A stretch of 64,000 bases of DNA from Nemertoderma westbladi (Eukaryota; Animalia; Xenacoelomorpha). The notes under the pieces were generated by a model that searched no databases, was not told the DNA's origin, and worked only from the letters and a program-made list of their open reading frames with translations. Made by a program: the position numbers and the translations under genes. Position 1 is the first letter of the stretch; every line of letters starts with the position of its first letter. Of this stretch, positions 12,274 through 26,094 are shown piece after piece. The stretch lies in NCBI GenBank assembly GCA_032718475.1, contig JAUCBJ010002317.1, positions 18,564 through 82,563 on the forward strand. Reading direction: 5' to 3'.

Positions 12274-13530
12274 CTAGAGACAGCGTCAAGACGCCGTTAA
12301 GCAAGTCGGAAGTCGTCAATCAAAGGTAAGTTCCCTCAACAATGTTTACCTTTGTTCAGAAGGGAAGTGTTATTTATCTATGGTCAGAGAGAGATCCCAC
12401 TCTGTAAGTTGGCAATTGCTCAAATCCATTCAGCTGAATGACTCAGTAGAGTAAACTAAAGTAAATTCCCTCAGCCTCAACAATGTTTGCCTATGGTGTG
12501 AAGGGAATCTGACAGAGAATAATCTTAGCCACTAAATGTCATTCACCTAACAAAACATTTTGAATGCCACAGTGATTAACCCAATACAGATAATAAGCAG
12601 TTATTTTTATATTTCAAACTATAATGTTAGTGTAAGCCTTACAGAGTATCAGTATGAGGCTGAGTAAACATTCCGCCTTATAAGCATACAGCTTCCAATG
12701 TATTAATGTTTGCCAAAAGATTTAAAAATAAAATACAGTGCAATAGTACTCTGTAACCTACAGTCATTCAGCTTGCACTAAATATCAATCACCTATAAAA
12801 CATTTAAACATTTTGAATGCCACAGTGTGTAACCTGATACAGATAATAAGCAGTGATTTTTATGTTTTAAACTATAACGTTAGTGTTAGCCTTACAGTGT
12901 ATCAGTATGAAGCTGAGTAGTATAAGGCTGAGTAAACATTCCACCTTATAAACATACAGCCTCCACAGTATTAATGTTGGCATTAATGTAGCCGATACAC
13001 TGTATACCTAATAGTCATTCAGCAGGGGGAAGAGTTATTCAGCTGAGGCGGTAATAGATTGCAAACTAAACCAACCAGTTGGCAGCCTCATCGATTTATA
13101 CTAAGCCTGTGTAGAACCACAAACTAAATCAACCAGTTAATATTTGCTTTGACAGAGAGTGAGGGCCTAAACAAACAGTATGGGTGTACTGAGTACAATA
13201 ATCTTGGCAACCTCATCGATTTATACTAAGCCTTGTGTAGAAATCCATTACATAAGCCATTTTTCAGCAGGACACCAGCTGTCATTGGTGTTATTTCACC
13301 ATTGCGCCTATGGCGTTTTTTCGTTTATGTCTATTTTTCGAGCCCAGAGGCTATGGACGGAGTAGCCGATCATGCCAGGGACCTTAGAATCGCGGTATCT
13401 AGATGCTGTGAAAATTTCATCAAAATCGTTAGAGCAGTTTTGGCTGTAGATCAGTCAGCCAGTCAGTCAGCCAGCCAGTCAGTCAGTCAGCTAACAATTC
13501 TTACAGTAATCAAGTCTAACGACTTGCTAA
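12274..13530 (-). mobile_element. HINE-like unit, terminal type B
   Basis: Minus-strand 5' TTAGCAAGTCGTTAGACTTG; 3' CGACTTGCTTAACGGCGTCTTGACGCTGTCTCTAG. Shares the core with type A units. Confidence 0.8.
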
Positions 13531-15074
13531 CTAGTGACGGGCCTAGCGGCCCGATAAGGAACCGACTTTTTATTTTAAATAAAAGAGACAACGAGAATTA
13601 GTATAGAACTAATAATTATGTAAAAATACAATCATATTTCATACAATAATTATTAATAAATTCGATCTATTATTAGTTGCTCAATTCTAGAACAAAATCG
13701 ACCTGCAACTAGTGAAGACCTCGTTTTGGAATTTCGAAATCACGCTGGTGCGATGCGCGATATCGTGTTTAGTTAATAAATTGAAAACTCCATCAATTCA
13801 TGTGCAACCAGTAATATGAAATCGCTATAAATGTAATTAAATAAAAATTATTCTAGAAAAATTTTCCTCAAAAAGTATGAAATCTTGGCATTGGTGACGC
13901 GAAACTAGGCTAGTGAGATTCAGGATATTGCGTTTAATATAAAAATCGAAAACGCTATCGAATTCCGTAAAGGCGTTAATAAAATACTGCAACTTTTTTG
14001 AAATTTGTAAAATTCTAGAACTAGAAAAAATTAATTTTTGAACGGCGCTGTTTGGGGTTTCGAAACATGGATAGGCTGAAAGAGGACATCGAATTAAGTT
14101 GAAAAATGAAAACCCCATCGAATTTGGACAAAGCGTTCCGGAGTTATAGCGGATCAAAAAAAATTGACCCCCCCCAGTCGCCAAAAATTTACAGTAATTT
14201 AAAATTTTGCAAAAAAAATTTTTTACGTTATTTTTGATGGCGAATCGATTGGCAGTACTGACTACGAAAACATTTTTTTGAAATTTTTGGTCAGAAAAAA
14301 AAACATTAAAAAGTATATTTTTAAAAAGATTTGTCTTTGCCTATGGTCAGAGAATGATCCAACTCTGTACTTGGCAATCGCTCAAATCCATTCAGCTGAA
14401 TGCACAGTAGAGTAAACTAAAGTAAATTCCCTATACAATGTTCTGAAGGGGAGACTGACAGAGAGTAATCCAACAATAAAACATTTTGCAATAATGTTGG
14501 CATTAATGTAGCCAACACACTGTGTACTAAACCGTCATTCAGCTTACATTAGCAGAGTGAGATATTCGCATAGAATGCATTGGGAAGAGTAATTCAGCTG
14601 AGGCGATAATAGATTTCAAACTAAACCAACCAGTTAATATTTGCTTTGACAGAGTGTCCTAGGGCCTAAACAAACAGTATGGGTGTACTGAGTACAATAA
14701 TCTTGGCAACCTCATCGATTTATACTAAGCCTTGTGTAGAAATCCATTACATAAGCCATTTTTCATCACGACACCAGCTGTTATTGGTGTTATTTTACCA
14801 TTGCGCCTATGGCGTTTTTTCGTTTATGTCTATTTTTCGAGCCCACAGCTCATGGACGAAATAGCGGAACATACCAGGGACCTTAGAATCGCGGTATCCA
14901 GCCGCTGTGAAAATTTCATCAAAATCGTTAGAGTAGTTTTGACTATAGATTAGCCAGTCAGCCAGTCAATCAGCCAACAATTCTTACAGTAATGAACCTC
15001 TCGGTTCCTGACTAGTGACGGGCCTAGCGGCCCGATAAGGAACCGACTTTTTATTTCAAATAAAAGAGACAACG

Positions 15075-15507
15075 AGCTCGGCTCGGCTCGGCTCGGCTCG
15101 GCTCGGCTCGGCTCGGCTCGGCTTGGCTTGGCTCGGCTCGGCTTGGCTCGGCTCGGCTCGGCTCGGCTCGGCTCGGCTCGGCTCGGCTCGGCTCGGCTCA
15201 GCTCGGCTCGGCTCGGTTCAGCTCGGCTCGGCTCGGCTCGGATCGGCTCGGCTCGGCTCGGTTCGGCTCGGCTCGGCTCGGTTCGGCTCGGCTCGGCTTG
15301 GCACGGCTCGGCACGGCTCGGCTCGGCTCGGCTCGGCTCGGCTCGGCTCGGCTCGGCTCGGCTCGGCTCGGCTCGGCTCGGCTCGGTTCGGCTCGGCTTG
15401 GCTTGGCTCGGCTCGGCTTGGCTCGGCTTGACTCGGCTCGGCTCGGCTCGGCTCGGCTCGGCTCGGCTCGGCTCGGCTCGGCTCGGCTCGGCTCGGCTCG
15501 GCTCGGT
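15075..15507. repeat. (GGCTC)n microsatellite in a C-body unit
   Basis: Long pentamer run; source of the LGSAR/AEPSR ORFs. Confidence 0.97.
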
Positions 15508-15773
15508 CTGAGTCGACTCCCCGTGCTGCTCGAAGGGCGCAAATACATATATCGAAGGGTCAAAGCAAAACTCACGTGCTGCTCGAAGGGACAAAGTCAA
15601 ACAATGTGTCTATTATTTGATGTAATCCATGTGCTGCTCGAAGGGCGCAAATACATATATCGAAGGCTCAAAGCAAAACTCACGTGCTGCTCGAAGGGAC
15701 AAAGTCAAACATTGTGTCTATTATTTGATTATCTCACGTGCTGCTAGAAGGGCGCAACTACATATATCGAAAC

Positions 15774-16393
15774 ACGTTCGTGGGGACTTCGCGCAGCACG
15801 TAGTCGACAAGCCTTGGCATACGGTTCATATAGAGCAAATGGGGCATGTCTAGTTTGGACCCCATATCCCATGCTATAAATGTATTCATTTGATATACAA
15901 TCATATGTTAATCCGCTAGGTGGTGTCAAATTGTTATTCTGCAATTTCGTACTTACCAGTGCAGCACTGTACAGCAGTACCGTACCGGTAGGCCTATGTC
16001 ATTACTTCTGAGTCTCTAGCGGATCCCCAATTAAATGTCTTAACTTTTCAATTTCGTAAAAGATAGACTTCATGATTCTCTACAGGCCACCAAAATTTCA
16101 GCTCAGGAAAATGAGGCCTTCCCGAGAAATTTAACATTTTCTAAAAACCACATAATCTGCCGTAGCTGACGTCAGACTGCATGATTTTTCACCAAACTTT
16201 ACAAACTTTCTAAACTTTCTCTTTACTACTTACCTACTAAGTTTGGTTCAATTCCGAACGAGCGATGCCGAGAAATTCGCGTTCAAACATTTACCAGACA
16301 GACGGACGGACAGACAGACAGACAGACGGACATGCCCCATTTGCCCTATATGAACCGTATGCAAAGGCTCGCCGACTACGTGTCTCGCCCCAC
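15774..16393. mobile_element. 620-bp MITE/DINE-like insertion nested in one array unit
   Basis: About 70-bp inverted ends (CACGTAGTCG...GCATACGGTTCATATAG.GCAAATGGGGCATGTC) and a (CAGA/CGGA)n tract. The empty site GAAACAAGCCCC is present in sister units near 18658, 23288, 28844 and 33851. Confidence 0.85.
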
Positions 16394-17277
16394 AAGCCCC
16401 TGTCTTGTATTTTAATTATATCAGAAATCCTTGCCTTCAGTACAAATATCTAAAAATTCATTCACCTGAAGTATGGGTAACATTATAAATTCGTTTTTCG
16501 CACAGTAGAGTTAACTAAGCAAAAATACCCTCCAGGTTGACTGAATGATTTTATTAATGTTTGCCATGCATAATGTACTATATTTGGGTACCATGACCCA
16601 CCCCCATTGAACAGCTTTGCTTACATCTGATAGAAAGTAATCCCAAATTAACATCCCTCTACGAAAATTATTTTAATTAAATACATACAACATAGCAGTC
16701 TACTCTACAGTCAACAGTTCACAATAACTAAAATGGCATTCAGCTTACCAGCTATTCGCATTAAGCTAATAGATATACGATTTCATTCGATTCAGTGAGT
16801 GTGTGAGGGCTATTGGGAGAGCAATCAGCTTATGATGTAATACATTAGAATCCCACGGCTTTTGTTTGCTTACTGTCTGAGTTGTAGAGTGAGGATAATA
16901 CTTGGCACAGAAAGCATTTCCTTGTTAGGTGGCCATTCCTATAGAATAGCATTACTAGGCTATCTCTATCCATTTTTCATGAGTGCCAGCTGGTGTTTTT
17001 ACCATTGCGCCTATGGCTTTTTTCGTTTATCTCTATTTTTCGAGCCCAGAGGCTATGGACGGAGTAGCGGATCATGCCAGGGACCTTAGAATCGCGGTAT
17101 CTAGATGCTGTGAAAATTTCATCAAAATCGTTAGAGTAGTTTTGGCTGTAGATCAGCCAGCCAGTCAGCCAGTCAGCTAACAATTCTTACAGTAATGAAC
17201 CTCTCGGTTCCTAACTAGTGACGGGCCTAGCGGCCCGATAAGGAACCGACTTTTTATTTCAAATAAAAGAGACAACG

Positions 17278-18320
17278 AGCTCGGCTCGGTCTTGCACGAT
17301 TGGGCACGATTTAGTTCGACTTGGCTTGATTGGCTCGGTTTGGCTCGATTAGGCTCGGCTCGGCTCGATCTGTCTCGACTCAGCTTGATTCGGCTCAATC
17401 AGCTCGATTGGGTTCGACTCGGCTCGGTCCAGCTCGACTTGGCTCAATTGGGCTCGATTCAGCTCAATCTGCTCGAATCGGCTCAATTGGGATTGATTGG
17501 GCTTGACTCGGATCGATTTGGCTCAACTTGGCTCAGTCTGGCTCGATTGGGCTCGACTTGGCTCGGTCCGGCTCAATTGGGCTCGACTAGGCTTGATTGG
17601 GCTCGACCCGGCTCGATTGGGCTCGACTCGATTCGATTTGGGCTTGACTCGGCTCAGTCTGGCTCGACTCGGCTCGATTGGGCTCGACTCAGCTTGATTG
17701 GGCTCAATCCGGGCTCAATTTGGCGTGACACGGTCGACACGGCTCGGCTCAGCTCGGCTCGGCTCGGCTCGGCTCGGCTCGGCTCGGCTCGGCTCGGCTC
17801 GGCTCGGCTCGGATCGGCTTGGCTCGGCTCGGCTTGGCTCGGCTCGGCTCGGCTCGGCTCGGCTCGGCTCGGCTCGGCTCGGATCGGCTCGGCTCGGCCC
17901 GGCCCGGCTCGGCTCGGCTCGGTCTGAGTCGACTCAGCTCGATTCGGATCGATTGGGTTCGACTTGGCTCGGTCCGGCTTGACTTGGCTCAATTGGGCTC
18001 GATTCGGCTCAATCCACACGACTCGGCTCGAATGGGATTGATTGGGCTTGACTTGGCTCGATTTGGCTCAACTTGGCTCAGTCCGGCTCAATTGGGTTCG
18101 ACTTGGCTCGGTCCATCTCAATTGGGCTCGACTAGGCTCGATTGGGCTCGACTCGGCTCTATTGGGCTCGACTCGACTCGATTGGGCTTGACTCGGCTCA
18201 GTCTGGCTCGACTCGGCTTAATTGGGCTCAACTCGGCTCTGTTCGGCTCGATTGGGCTCGACTCGGCTTGATCACCTCGATTGGTTCTATTCGGCTCAAT
18301 CGGTATGATTCGGCTCGATT
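17278..18320. repeat. Degenerate (GGCTC)n-derived complex repeat with a near-pure core at 17741-17925
   Basis: Pentamer register with GATTG/GACTC/GACTT variants; partial copy at 22580-22950. Confidence 0.9.
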
Positions 18321-21300
18321 GACACACGATGCTGGAAGGGTCAAAGCCAAACTCACGTGCTGCTCGAAGGGACAAAGTCAAACAGTGTGTCTATTATTTG
18401 ATGTAACTCATGAGCTGCTCGAAGGGCGCAACATCATATATCAAGGGACAAAGCAAAACTCACGTGCTGCTCGAAGGGACAAAGTCAAACAGTGTGTCTA
18501 TTATTTGATGTAACTCACGCGCTGCTCGAAAGGCGCAAATACATTATATCGAAGGGTCAAAGCCAAACTCACGTGCTGCTCGAAGTGACAAAGTCAAACA
18601 TTGTGTCTAATATTTGATTAACTCACGTGCTGCTCGAAGGGCGCAACTACATATATCGAAACAAGCCCCTGTCTTGTATTTTAATTATAACAGAAATCCT
18701 TGCCTTCAGTACAAAATATCTAAAAATTAATTTACCTGAAGTATGGGTAACATTATAAATTCGCTTTTCACACACAGTAGTTAACTAAAGCAAATACCAT
18801 TCAGGTTGACTGAATGATTTTATTAATGTTTGCCATGCATAATGTACTATATTTGGGTCCCATGGCCCACCCCATTGAACAGCTTTGCTTACATCTGATA
18901 GAGAGTAATCCCAAATTAACTTCCCTCTACGAAAATTATTTTAATTAAATACATACAACATAGCAGACAACTCTGCAATCAACAGTACGCAATAACTAAA
19001 ATGGCATTCAGCTTACCAGCTATTCGCATTAAGCTAATAGATATTCGATTTCATTCGATTCATTGAGTGTGTGAGGGCTATTGGGAGAGCAATCAGCTTA
19101 TGATGTAATACATTAGAATCCCACGGCTTTTGTTTGCTTACTGTCTGAGTTGTAGAGTGAGGATAATACTTGGCAGAGAAAGCATTTCCTTGTTAGGTGG
19201 CCATTCCTATAGAATAGCATTACTAGGCTATCTCTATCCATTTTTCATGAGTGCCAGCTGGTGTTTTTATCATTGCGCCTATGGCGTTTTTTCGTTTATG
19301 TCTATTTTTCGAGCCCACGGCTCATGGACGTGTAACTTGGCAATCGCTCAAATCCATTCAGCTGAATGGCACAGTAGAGTAAACTAAAGTAAATTCCCTA
19401 TACAATGTTCTGAAGGGGAGACTGACAGAGAGTAATCCAACAATAAAACATTTTGCAATAATGTTGGCATTAATGTAGCCAACACACTGTGTACTTAAGT
19501 CATTCAGCTTACATTAGCAGAGTGAGATATTCTCATAGAATGCATTGGGAAGAGTAATTCAGCTGAGGCGATAATAGATTTCTAACTAAACCAACCAGTT
19601 AATATTTGCTTTGACAGAGTGTAGTGTCCTAGGGCCTAAACAAACAGTATGGGTGTACTAAGTACAATAATCTTGGCAACCTCATCGATTTATACTAAGC
19701 CTTGTGTAGAAATCCATTACATAAGCCATTTTTCATCACGACACCAGCTGTTATTGGTGTTATTTTACCATTGCGCCTATGGCGTTTTTTCGTTTATGTC
19801 TATTTTTCGAGCCCACGGCTCATGGACGAAATAGCGGAACATACCAGGGACCTTAGAATCGCGGTATCCAGCCGCTGTGAAAATTTCATCAAAATCGTTA
19901 GAGTAGTTTTGGCTATAGATTAACCAGCCAGCCAGTCAGCCAACAATTCTTACAGTAATGAACCTCTCGGTTCCTAACTAGTGACGGGCCTAGCGGCCCG
20001 ATAAGGAACCGACTTTTTATTTTAAATAAAAGAGACAACGAGAATTAGTATAGAACTAATAGTTATGTAAAAATACAATCATATTTCATACAATAATTAT
20101 TAATAAATTCGATATATTATTAGTTGCTCAATTCTAGAACAAAATCGACCTGCAACTAGTGAAGACCTCGTTTTGGTAATTTCGAAACCACGCTGGTGCG
20201 ATGCGCGATATCGTGTTTAGTTAATAAATTGAAAACTCCATCAATTCATGTGCAACCAGTAATAAGAAATCGCTATAAATGTAATTAAATAAAAATTATT
20301 CTAGAAAAATTTTCCTCAAAAAGTATGAAGTCTTGGCATTGGTGACGCGAAACTAGGCTAGTGAGATTCAGGATATTGCGTTTAATATAAAAATCGAAAT
20401 CGCTATCGAATTCCGTAAAGGCGTTAATAAAATACTGCAACTTTTTTGAAATTTGTAAAATTCTAGAACTAGAAAAAAATAATTTTTGAACGGCGCTGTT
20501 TGGGGTTTCGAAACATGGATAGGCTGAAAGAGGACATCGAATTAAGTTGAAAAATGAAAACCCCATCGAATTTGGACAAACCGTTCCGGAGTTATAGCGG
20601 ATCGAAAAAAATTGACCCCCCCCAGTCGCCAAAAATTTACAGTAATTTAAAATTTTGCAAAAAAAATTTTTTGCGTTATTTTTGATGGCGAATCGATTGG
20701 CAGTACTGGCTACGAAAAAATTTTTTTGAAATTTTTGGTCAGAAAAAAAAACATGGAAAAAGTATATTCTTAAAAAGATTTGATGTCTTTGCCTATGGTC
20801 AGAGAATGATCCAACTCTGTAACTTGGCAATCGCTCAAATCCATTCAGCTGAATGGCACAGTAGAGTAAACTAAAGTAAATTCCCTATACAATGTTCTGA
20901 AGGGGTGACTGACAGAGAGTAATCCAACAATAAAACATTTTGCAATAATGTTGGCATTAATGTAGCCAACTCACTGTGTACGTAACAGTCATTCAGCTTA
21001 CATTAGCAGAGTGAGATATTTCCATAGATTGCATTGGGAAGAGTAATTCAGCTGAGGCGATAATAGATTTCAAACTAAACCAACCACCAGTCAATGTTTG
21101 CTTTGACAGAGAGTGCAGGGCCTAAACAAACAGTATGGGTGTACTAAGTACAATAATCTTGGCAACCTCATCGATTTATTACTAAGCCTTGTGTAGAAAT
21201 GCATTACATAAACCATTTTTCATCAGGACACCAGCTGTCATTGGTATTATTTTACCATTGCGCCTATGGCGTTTTTTCGTTTATGTCTATTTTTCGAGCC

Positions 21301-21483
21301 CACGGCTCATGGACGAAATAGCGGAACATACCAGGGACCTTAGAATCGCGGTATCTAGCCGCTGTAAAAATTTCATCAAAATCGTTAGAGTAGTTTTGGC
21401 TGTAGGTCAGTCAGTCAGTCAGTCAGTCAGTCAGTCAATCAGTCAGCCACGAGCAATTCTTACAGTAATCAAGTCTAACGACG

Positions 21484-22579
21484 TAGCAAGTCGTTAGACT
21501 TGATTACTGTAAGAATTGCTCGTGGCTGACTGATTGACTGACTGACTGACTGACTGACTGACTGACCTACAGCCAAAACTACTCTAACGATTTTGATGAA
21601 ATTTTCACAGCATCTAGATACCGCGATTCTAAGGTCCCTGGCATGATCGGCTACTCCGTCCATAGCCTCTGTGTTCGAAAAAAAGAGATAAACGAAAAAA
21701 ACGCCATAGGCGCAATGGTAAAATAACACCAATGACAGCTGGTGTCCTGATGAAAAATGGCTTATGTAATGCAATTCTACACAAGGCTTAGTATTAAATC
21801 GATGAGGTTGCCAAGAGTATTATACTTAGTACACCCATACTGTTTGTTTAGGCCCTACCAACCACTCTGTGCAAACAAACATCAACTGGTTGGTTTGCTA
21901 TTCTATAGGGAGCCACCTAACAAGGAAGTACATACAGTGCCAACTTTATAATCATTCACTGGGTTAGGCGGCTATTACAGCCTCAGCTGAATAACTCTTC
22001 CCAATGCTTTCTATGGCGATCTACAAGGTTACTCTCTCTTCTATGTTAATTGACGTGTAAGCTGATTGACTGTTAGTTACACAGTGTGTTGGGTACTATT
22101 GGATTGCACTGTATTTATAATAATAATTGTTTTATTTTTAAATCTTTCGGCCAACATTAATTCTGTGGAGGCAGTATGCTTATAAGGTGGAATGTTTACT
22201 CAGCCTCATACTGATACTGTGTAAGGCTAACACTAACATTATAGTTTGAAATATATATATCACTGCTTATTATCCGTATCAGGATACACACTGTGGCATT
22301 CTAAATGTTTTATACTGTAGGTGATTGACATTGTGCAAGCTGAATGACTGTTAGTTCTTTCAGACCATAGCCAAACATTGTTGAGGGAATTTAGTTTAGT
22401 TCACTCTACTGTGCCATTCAACTGAATGAATTTGAGCAATTGCCAAATTACAGAGTGGGATCTCTCTCTGACCATAGGTAAATAGCCCTTCCATTCTGAC
22501 CATAGGTAAACATTGTTGAGGGAATTTATATTTGATTGATGACTTCCGACTTGCTTAACGGCGTCTTGACGCCGTCTCT
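21484..22579 (+). mobile_element. Inverted HINE-like type B unit
   Basis: Starts TAGCAAGTCGTTAGACTTGATTACTG and ends CCGACTTGCTTAACGGCGTCTTGACGCCGTCTCT (terminal AG missing). Head-to-head with the preceding unit. Confidence 0.8.
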
Positions 22580-25500
22580 CGATTGGGTTCGACTTGGCTC
22601 GGTCCGGCTTGACTTGGCTCAATTGGGCTCGATTCGGCTCAATCCACACGACTCGGCTCGAATGGGATTGATTGGGCTTGACTTGGCTCGATTTGGCTCA
22701 ACTTGGCTCAGTCCGGCTCAATTGGGTTCGACTTGGCTCGGTCCATCTCAATTGGGCTCGACTAGGCTCGATTGGGCTCGACTCGGCTCTATTGGGCTCG
22801 ACTCGACTCGATTGGGCTTGACTCGGCTCAGTCTGGCTCGACTCGGCTTAATTGGGCTCAACTCGGCTCTGTTCGGCTCGATTGGGCTCGACTCGGCTTG
22901 ATCACCTCGATTGGTTCTATTCGGCTCAATCGGTATGATTCGGCTCGATTGACACACGATGCTGGAAGGGTCAAAGCCAAACTCACGTGCTGCTCGAAGG
23001 GACAAAGTCAAACAGTGTGTCTATTATTTGATGTAACTCATGAGCTGCTCGAAGGGCGCAACATCATATATCAAGGGACAAAGCAAAACTCACGTGCTGC
23101 TCGAAGGGACAAAGTCAAACAGTGTGTCTATTATTTGATGTAACTCACGCGCTGCTCGAAAGGCGCAAATACATTATATCGAAGGGTCAAAGCCAAACTC
23201 ACGTGCTGCTCGAAGTGACAAAGTCAAACATTGTGTCTAATATTTGATTAACTCACGTGCTGCTCGAAGGGCGCAACTACATATATCGAAACAAGCCCCT
23301 GTCTTGTATTTTAATTATAACAGAAATCCTTGCCTTCAGTACAAAATATCTAAAAATTAATTTACCTGAAGTATGGGTAACATTATAAATTCGCTTTTCA
23401 CACACAGTAGTTAACTAAAGCAAATACCATTCAGGTTGACTGAATGATTTTATTAATGTTTGCCATGCATAATGTACTATATTTGGGTCCCATGGCCCAC
23501 CCCATTGAACAGCTTTGCTTACATCTGATAGAGAGTAATCCCAAATTAACTTCCCTCTACGAAAATTATTTTAATTAAATACATACAACATAGCAGACAA
23601 CTCTGCAATCAACAGTACGCAATAACTAAAATGGCATTCAGCTTACCAGCTATTCGCATTAAGCTAATAGATATTCGATTTCATTCGATTCATTGAGTGT
23701 GTGAGGGCTATTGGGAGAGCAATCAGCTTATGATGTAATACATTAGAATCCCACGGCTTTTGTTTGCTTACTGTCTGAGTTGTAGAGTGAGGATAATACT
23801 TGGCAGAGAAAGCATTTCCTTGTTAGGTGGCCATTCCTATAGAATAGCATTACTAGGCTATCTCTATCCATTTTTCATGAGTGCCAGCTGGTGTTTTTAT
23901 CATTGCGCCTATGGCGTTTTTTCGTTTATGTCTATTTTTCGAGCCCACGGCTCATGGACGTGTAACTTGGCAATCGCTCAAATCCATTCAGCTGAATGGC
24001 ACAGTAGAGTAAACTAAAGTAAATTCCCTATACAATGTTCTGAAGGGGAGACTGACAGAGAGTAATCCAACAATAAAACATTTTGCAATAATGTTGGCAT
24101 TAATGTAGCCAACACACTGTGTACTTAAGTCATTCAGCTTACATTAGCAGAGTGAGATATTCTCATAGAATGCATTGGGAAGAGTAATTCAGCTGAGGCG
24201 ATAATAGATTTCTAACTAAACCAACCAGTTAATATTTGCTTTGACAGAGTGTAGTGTCCTAGGGCCTAAACAAACAGTATGGGTGTACTAAGTACAATAA
24301 TCTTGGCAACCTCATCGATTTATACTAAGCCTTGTGTAGAAATCCATTACATAAGCCATTTTTCATCACGACACCAGCTGTTATTGGTGTTATTTTACCA
24401 TTGCGCCTATGGCGTTTTTTCGTTTATGTCTATTTTTCGAGCCCACGGCTCATGGACGAAATAGCGGAACATACCAGGGACCTTAGAATCGCGGTATCCA
24501 GCCGCTGTGAAAATTTCATCAAAATCGTTAGAGTAGTTTTGGCTATAGATTAACCAGCCAGCCAGTCAGCCAACAATTCTTACAGTAATGAACCTCTCGG
24601 TTCCTAACTAGTGACGGGCCTAGCGGCCCGATAAGGAACCGACTTTTTATTTTAAATAAAAGAGACAACGAGAATTAGTATAGAACTAATAGTTATGTAA
24701 AAATACAATCATATTTCATACAATAATTATTAATAAATTCGATATATTATTAGTTGCTCAATTCTAGAACAAAATCGACCTGCAACTAGTGAAGACCTCG
24801 TTTTGGTAATTTCGAAACCACGCTGGTGCGATGCGCGATATCGTGTTTAGTTAATAAATTGAAAACTCCATCAATTCATGTGCAACCAGTAATAAGAAAT
24901 CGCTATAAATGTAATTAAATAAAAATTATTCTAGAAAAATTTTCCTCAAAAAGTATGAAGTCTTGGCATTGGTGACGCGAAACTAGGCTAGTGAGATTCA
25001 GGATATTGCGTTTAATATAAAAATCGAAATCGCTATCGAATTCCGTAAAGGCGTTAATAAAATACTGCAACTTTTTTGAAATTTGTAAAATTCTAGAACT
25101 AGAAAAAAATAATTTTTGAACGGCGCTGTTTGGGGTTTCGAAACATGGATAGGCTGAAAGAGGACATCGAATTAAGTTGAAAAATGAAAACCCCATCGAA
25201 TTTGGACAAAGCGTTCCGGAGTTATAGCGGATCGAAAAAAATTGACCCCCCCCAGTCGCCAAAAATTTACAGTAATTTAAAATTTTGCAAAAAAAATTTT
25301 TTGCGTTATTTTTGATGGCGAATCGATTGGCAGTACTGGCTACGAAAAAATTTTTTTGAAATTTTTGGTCAGAAAAAAAAACATGGAAAAAGTATATTCT
25401 TAAAAAGATTTGATGTCTTTGCCTATGGTCAGAGAATGATCCAACTCTGTAACTTGGCAATCGCTCAAATCCATTCAGCTGAATGGCACAGTAGAGTAAA

Positions 25501-26094
25501 CTAAAGTAAATTCCCTATACAATGTTCTGAAGGGGTGACTGACAGAGAGTAATCCAACAATAAAACATTTTGCAATAATGTTGGCATTAATGTAGCCAAC
25601 TCACTGTGTACGTAACAGTCATTCAGCTTACATTAGCAGAGTGAGATATTTCCATAGATTGCATTGGGAAGAGTAATTCAGCTGAGGCGATAATAGATTT
25701 CAAACTAAACCACCACCAGTTAATGTTTGCTTTGACAGAGAGTGCAGGGCCTAAACAAACAGTATGGGTGTACTAAGTACAATAATCTTGGCAACCTCAT
25801 CGATTTATACTAAGCCTTGTGTAGAAATGCATTACATAAGCCATTTTTCATCAGGACACCAGCTGTCATTGGTGTTATTTTACCATTGCGCCTATGGCGT
25901 TTTTTCGTTTATGTCTATTTTTCGAGCCCACGGCTCATGGACGAAATAGCGGAACATACCAGGGACCTTAGAATCGCGGTATCTAGCCGCTGTGAAAATT
26001 TCATCAAAATCGTTAGAGTAGTTTTGGCTGTAGGTCAGTCAGTCAGTCAGTCAGTCCAGTCAATCAGTCAGCCACGAGCAATTCTTACAGTAAT
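22579..26094 (+). repeat. Near-identical ~3.5-kb duplication of 17949-21469 (offset 4630)
   Basis: Sequence lines match at +4630 (e.g. 18121 vs 22751, 19321 vs 23951). ORF-track entries repeat at the same offset. Confidence 0.9.
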
